From contig OX597840.1 of NCBI GenBank assembly GCA_951406725.2, forward strand, positions 27,652,001 through 27,716,000: a DNA stretch of 64,000 nt, given 5' to 3'. This DNA is from Octopus vulgaris. Lineage: Eukaryota. Numbering within the stretch: position 1 is the first letter of the stretch; the number at the start of each line of letters is the position of its first letter. Both the position numbers and the translations under genes were made by a program. The notes under the pieces are model-generated. The model was not told the origin of the DNA, searched no databases, and worked only from the letters and a program-made list of their open reading frames with translations. Positions 58,408 through 64,000 of the stretch are shown one piece after another.

Positions 58408-58558
58408 TATCTAATATGATATGATATGCAATAAGAGCTCGAATGAGTTCATATGCTTGTGTAACTGGAAGTGTACCGAGACTGTGTCTACAATTTTCGC
58501 CGACATAGGAATCGCCGAAGGATAGCTACATCAACGAGAGAAGCCGAACAAAGGATGC

Positions 58559-58636
<78 letters not shown>

Positions 58637-58920
58637 GTATATATATTTATTTGAAGAAATCTCTTCATATATTCATTTTGCATTGATTTGTGGAAAATCT
58701 CTACTCAAGGAATGCAACAGAAATTTTAGAGAATTAGGATTTTGCTTGTCAGAAAGCAGAATCTACAAAACGCGTTTGTACTCTGATAAGGATATGCACC
58801 ACGAATTTAATATAACGGATCCTCTTTGGGGTAAATAACGCAGAATTCTAACAAGACACACTCACTTTATGTGGGAGATAAATTTTACTTTTTCGGTACA
58901 GACACTACTACTACTACTAC

Positions 58921-58974
<54 letters not shown>

Positions 58975-59094
58975 TTATATATATACATATATATACACAC
59001 ATGTATATATATATACATACATATATATATATACATATATATATATACATATATATACATATATACATATATATACATATATATACACATATAT

Positions 59095-59127
<33 letters not shown>

Positions 59128-59228
59128 TATATATACATATATATACATATATATATATACGTATATATATGTATATGTATGCACATATGTACCTGTATGT
59201 GTATATATGAATTTATGTATGGGCACAC

Positions 59229-59287
<59 letters not shown>

Positions 59288-59416
59288 CATCGAAATAGCA
59301 GTTCAGACTTCTGTCAATATTTCTTAGTTCTTTGGAGAAGCAAACAGATCATCATCATCATCATCATCATCATCATTATTATACTTAATAATGATGATGA
59401 TGATGATGATGATGAC

Positions 59417-59454
<38 letters not shown>

Positions 59455-59709
59455 TAATAATAACCTAACAAATATAAGAAATACAAAAATCAATAACGGT
59501 AAAGTCTGCGGTTGAAAGAGAAGTATTTTCTCACAAGAAAATAGTTCACCTGATCAATTATCGATTATTAATGCATATATTCCCTCAAGCAATAATGTTA
59601 AGAGCATATACACATGTAGTTGTACATACCTATATACCTATATATATATATATATATATACACTCACATACACACAAACACACATATACATACATATATA
59701 TTCTTACTA

Positions 59710-59963
59710 CTTTTATTCCTTTTACTTGCTTCAGTCATTTGAGTGCGGTCATGCTGGAGCATCGCCTTAAGTCGAACAAATCGACCGCAGGACGTATTCT
59801 TTGTAAGCCTAGTACTTACTTTATCGGTCCATTTTGCCGAAACGTTACGTTACGGGGACGTAAACACACCAGCATCGGTTGTCAAGCGATGCTGCGAGGT
59901 CAAACACAGATACAAAAACAAATACATACATACAGACATATACATATATATACATATATATAC

Positions 59964-60012
<49 letters not shown>

Positions 60013-60191
60013 TAGATAGATAGATAGATAGATGGATATGACAGGCTCCTTTCAGTTTCCGTCTACCAAATCCACTCACAAGATTTTGGTCGGGCCGAGG
60101 CTATAGCAGAAGACACTTGCGCAAGTTGCCACGCCATGGGACTAAACACGGAACCATGTGGTTGGTAAGCATTCTACTTACCACACAGCCA
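59710..60191 (-). mobile_element. SINE family A
   Basis: Reverse complement family match. Confidence 0.85.
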
Positions 60192-60232
60192 CGACGAATA
60201 GTAACGTGTGTGTGTATATATATATATACATA

Positions 60233-60288
<56 letters not shown>

Positions 60289-60841
60289 AACATATATACA
60301 TACATATATTTATATATATGTATATATATATGTATATATATAAACACATTCATATACACACACACACACACACATACATACCTATATATATGCATACATA
60401 AGTACATATACTGTCACATACTCGTATATATATATTCTGTGCCAAAATTTAGCAGATTTGTTCCTATGCATTGGAAAATCCCAGCATGGCTCCATTCAGA
60501 GGAGTTGTGAATGCGTACTGAATGTTGAGTATCTTTTCATACATTCTTCAATTCATAAGAAGACTTCTTATGTGAATGGCGTTTCGTTAGGGATTAAAGC
60601 ATTCTTGTTTTGGTGTAGAACACAATACAAGGTTGAAGACGGGAGATATTTCTTAAGCAATTCTTACTACGGGTCATACGATCTCTCTGACTCACCCCAC
60701 TATCCATCCATCAATCCATCCATCCATCCATCCATCCATTCATCTCTCTGTCTGTCTGTCTATCAATCGATTCATTTATCTATCTACCTTGTCTGTCTAT
60801 CTCTCTCTCTAAGTATCTATCTATATCTATCTATCTATCTA

Positions 60842-60924
<83 letters not shown>

Positions 60925-60964
60925 ACATATAATAATATATATATATTTGTGTGTATATAATAAT

Positions 60965-61001
<37 letters not shown>

Positions 61002-61212
61002 TATTTGTGTGTGTATATATACATATATATATATGTATGTATATATATATATATACACATACATACACGCTAACATGTTTGTCTATTCATTTATCTCTCA
61101 ATCTCTTTCTCTGTCTCTGTGACTCTCTGTGTGTGTACAAATCTATATCTATTTATCTATCTATCTGTGTGTCTGTCTGTATCTCTCTCTCTCTGTCTCT
61201 GTATCTATCTAT

Positions 61213-61260
<48 letters not shown>

Positions 61261-61271
<11 letters not shown>

Positions 61272-61481
61272 GAAATGAAGAAAATGCTGACAAAATAATT
61301 TAAGTAATTTAATTAGGTGAAAGTTCTTTTTACCGGTTGCGCATTTGTTATGCTTATCAAAAAATATTTTTTGATAAGCATAACAAATGCGCAACCGGTA
61401 AAAAGAACTTTCACCTAATTAAATTACTTAAATTACTTCAATTATTTGTCAGCATTTTCTTCATTTCCTTTTTTTATATAT
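61261..61481. repeat. Spacerless palindrome centred at 61365/61366 with an HHR-like motif in each arm
   Basis: Perfect over 61296-61435 and extends further with small indels. TTTT-TTGATAA-GCAT(aacaa)ATGC-GCAA-CCG-GTA-AAAA. Confidence 0.92.
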
Positions 61482-61510
61482 CACCACTCGTGTTCGACAT
61501 CTCCTTTTTT

Positions 61511-61567
<57 letters not shown>

Positions 61568-61688
61568 TTATGTATATGTGTGTGTGTCTGTGTGTTTGAG
61601 TGCGTGCACGCATGTGTACGTATATAAATAAGCATATATATGCATATGCGTGTAAGTTTAAGTATGTATGCACACATGTATAAATATG

Positions 61689-61759
<71 letters not shown>

Positions 61760-62382
61760 GTCTGTTTGTATGAATTTATGAATGCAAACACAACCGCTCA
61801 AGCAGTATATATTTATATATCACGCCAAAAAATAACTAAAATAAAAAACGATGAGTGTATATAAGAGAAAGCAGTAGCGACCTGAAAATCCAGCGTGTTG
61901 ACCCAATAGACTAAACCTTAAGAAATTCTGCTGTCCAATTTGCTAATATCTGTGGTGCCACGCCCTTCTAATTCTTTATAACGTCTGTGGAACGAATCGA
62001 AATTCAAGCTGGTGATACGTTACACGAAACAGAATAACAAATGGCTGATTGTTATGGTTATTAACAAACACAGCAAGCGATGAGGCTGAATGGCGGAGGA
62101 GATGTATAGCATACTTTTTATATATAAACTCTTCTGTGTGTGTGTGTGTGTCTCTCTCTCTCTGTTTGATACACACACACACACACAAACATATGTATAT
62201 TTACATATATATACCCACAGAAGTACATATATATATACTCACATATATACATATATACATATATCTGTGTGTGTATATATATATACATATGCATATATAT
62301 ATACATATACATATACATATATATATATATACATATACATATACATATATATATATACACATACATATACATATATATATAT

Positions 62383-62752
<370 letters not shown>

Positions 62753-63581
62753 CACACACACACACACACACACACACACTATATATATATATATATATAT
62801 ATACACTATTATTGGTTAATGATCCGAATATTCACTGATCAGGAACAGAGTACAGAGTTTAGTATGCAACTGCTTCAGATAATCCTGATTGCTTAACAGT
62901 TATCATACCTGTGGAAGTATCAGAATAACAGGCACCTGGACCGGCTTAAGCAAACGGTATACAAAAGATAGGTGGTGCTTTTGAGAGGGTGTCCCAAACT
63001 ATTACGTATGCGCTCTGAGTGCTTAAATAGGTTTGCCACAAAAATTTCAAATTCAAATTGTGGTTTTGTTACTGCCTTATCTAAAGCGGCGGCTAGAAGT
63101 AGCTTCCCCTTGAGTCCGTATGTATAGGTTAAAGTAGAAAGAAAAAGCAAACAATTTGGCATGACTTGACAAGAGCATTTAATTTAATGTAAGTTAAATG
63201 ATATACATGTAATTATAATTACTCACACACATACAAACTTATATTCAAGTAAGTTTATGTATATGTGTATGTGTGAGTGTGTGTGCCTATATATGTATAT
63301 AATATATTATATATGATATATTAATATATACATGCATAAATATGTGTGCATATATTACATACCACATACTATAATATATATGTATATATATATATATATA
63401 TATATAATATATGATGTATATAATATGTATAATATACATGAGACATGATATATAATGTATAAAATATATGACATAGAATTTGATATCGACATATTATTTC
63501 TCTCAGTCTTTCTCTATCTCATTCCCTCACACACACACACATACATACATGCATACATACATACATACATACATACATACA

Positions 63582-63617
<36 letters not shown>

Positions 63618-63668
63618 TATATAAACACACACACAAATGTATATATATATATATATGTAACTTCAGAT

Positions 63669-63719
<51 letters not shown>

Positions 63720-63723
<4 letters not shown>

Positions 63724-64000
63724 GTGAGAGCGAAAAAATTGCAGATATTTACTCCCAAGTTTTTTCGTCGCCTGTCTGCAGACGTTTAAGACAATTATTG
63801 TTACGTTTAAAAATCCAGAAACTTAATAAGTCAATTGTCTCTCCTATCACATCTGATTCTCTCTCGCAAGACACAAAATTCGTGGTATTTGAAATCCAAT
63901 TGTCTATCGTCCACCATACCATTCTTTCTTGTACTCTCACTCCCGTCTTATCAGCCATTTTAGATTAATAAAGAAATTGTTGAAATTAGTTCAAGTTGAT
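63720..64000 (-). pseudogene. Mariner transposase remnant
   Basis: [18 protein letters not shown] resembles FLKRLVTGDEKW (first catalytic Asp). Decayed. Confidence 0.7.

Noticed and set aside
60458-60700. Non-repetitive start of a 281-aa ORF
   Set aside because: No recognisable domain, and it runs into microsatellite.

Overview
AT-rich eukaryotic intergenic or intronic DNA, saturated with microsatellites ((TA)n, (CA)n, (TATC)n, (TAA)n). The repeat families suggest an octopus or other coleoid cephalopod genome (inference). No host protein-coding exon could be supported, and almost all listed ORFs are microsatellite artefacts. The window holds about 25 copies or fragments of a tRNA-derived SINE with an internal microsatellite, Nin/Deu-domain SINEs, two further tRNA-SINE types, 3' remnants of Dong/R4-type, CR1-like and RTE-like LINEs, mariner, hAT and Tigger-like DNA transposon remnants, and two non-autonomous Helitrons. 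The main signal is roughly a dozen type I hammerhead-ribozyme (HHR) motifs from several unrelated sequence families, some canonical and some with core variants such as U3-A8. Most lie about 45-120 nt upstream of a (TA)n junction, and four sit inside long near-perfect inverted repeats or palindromes. This fits short Penelope-like or retrozyme-like fold-back elements that target TA repeats. All coordinates were read by eye and may be off by a few bases.
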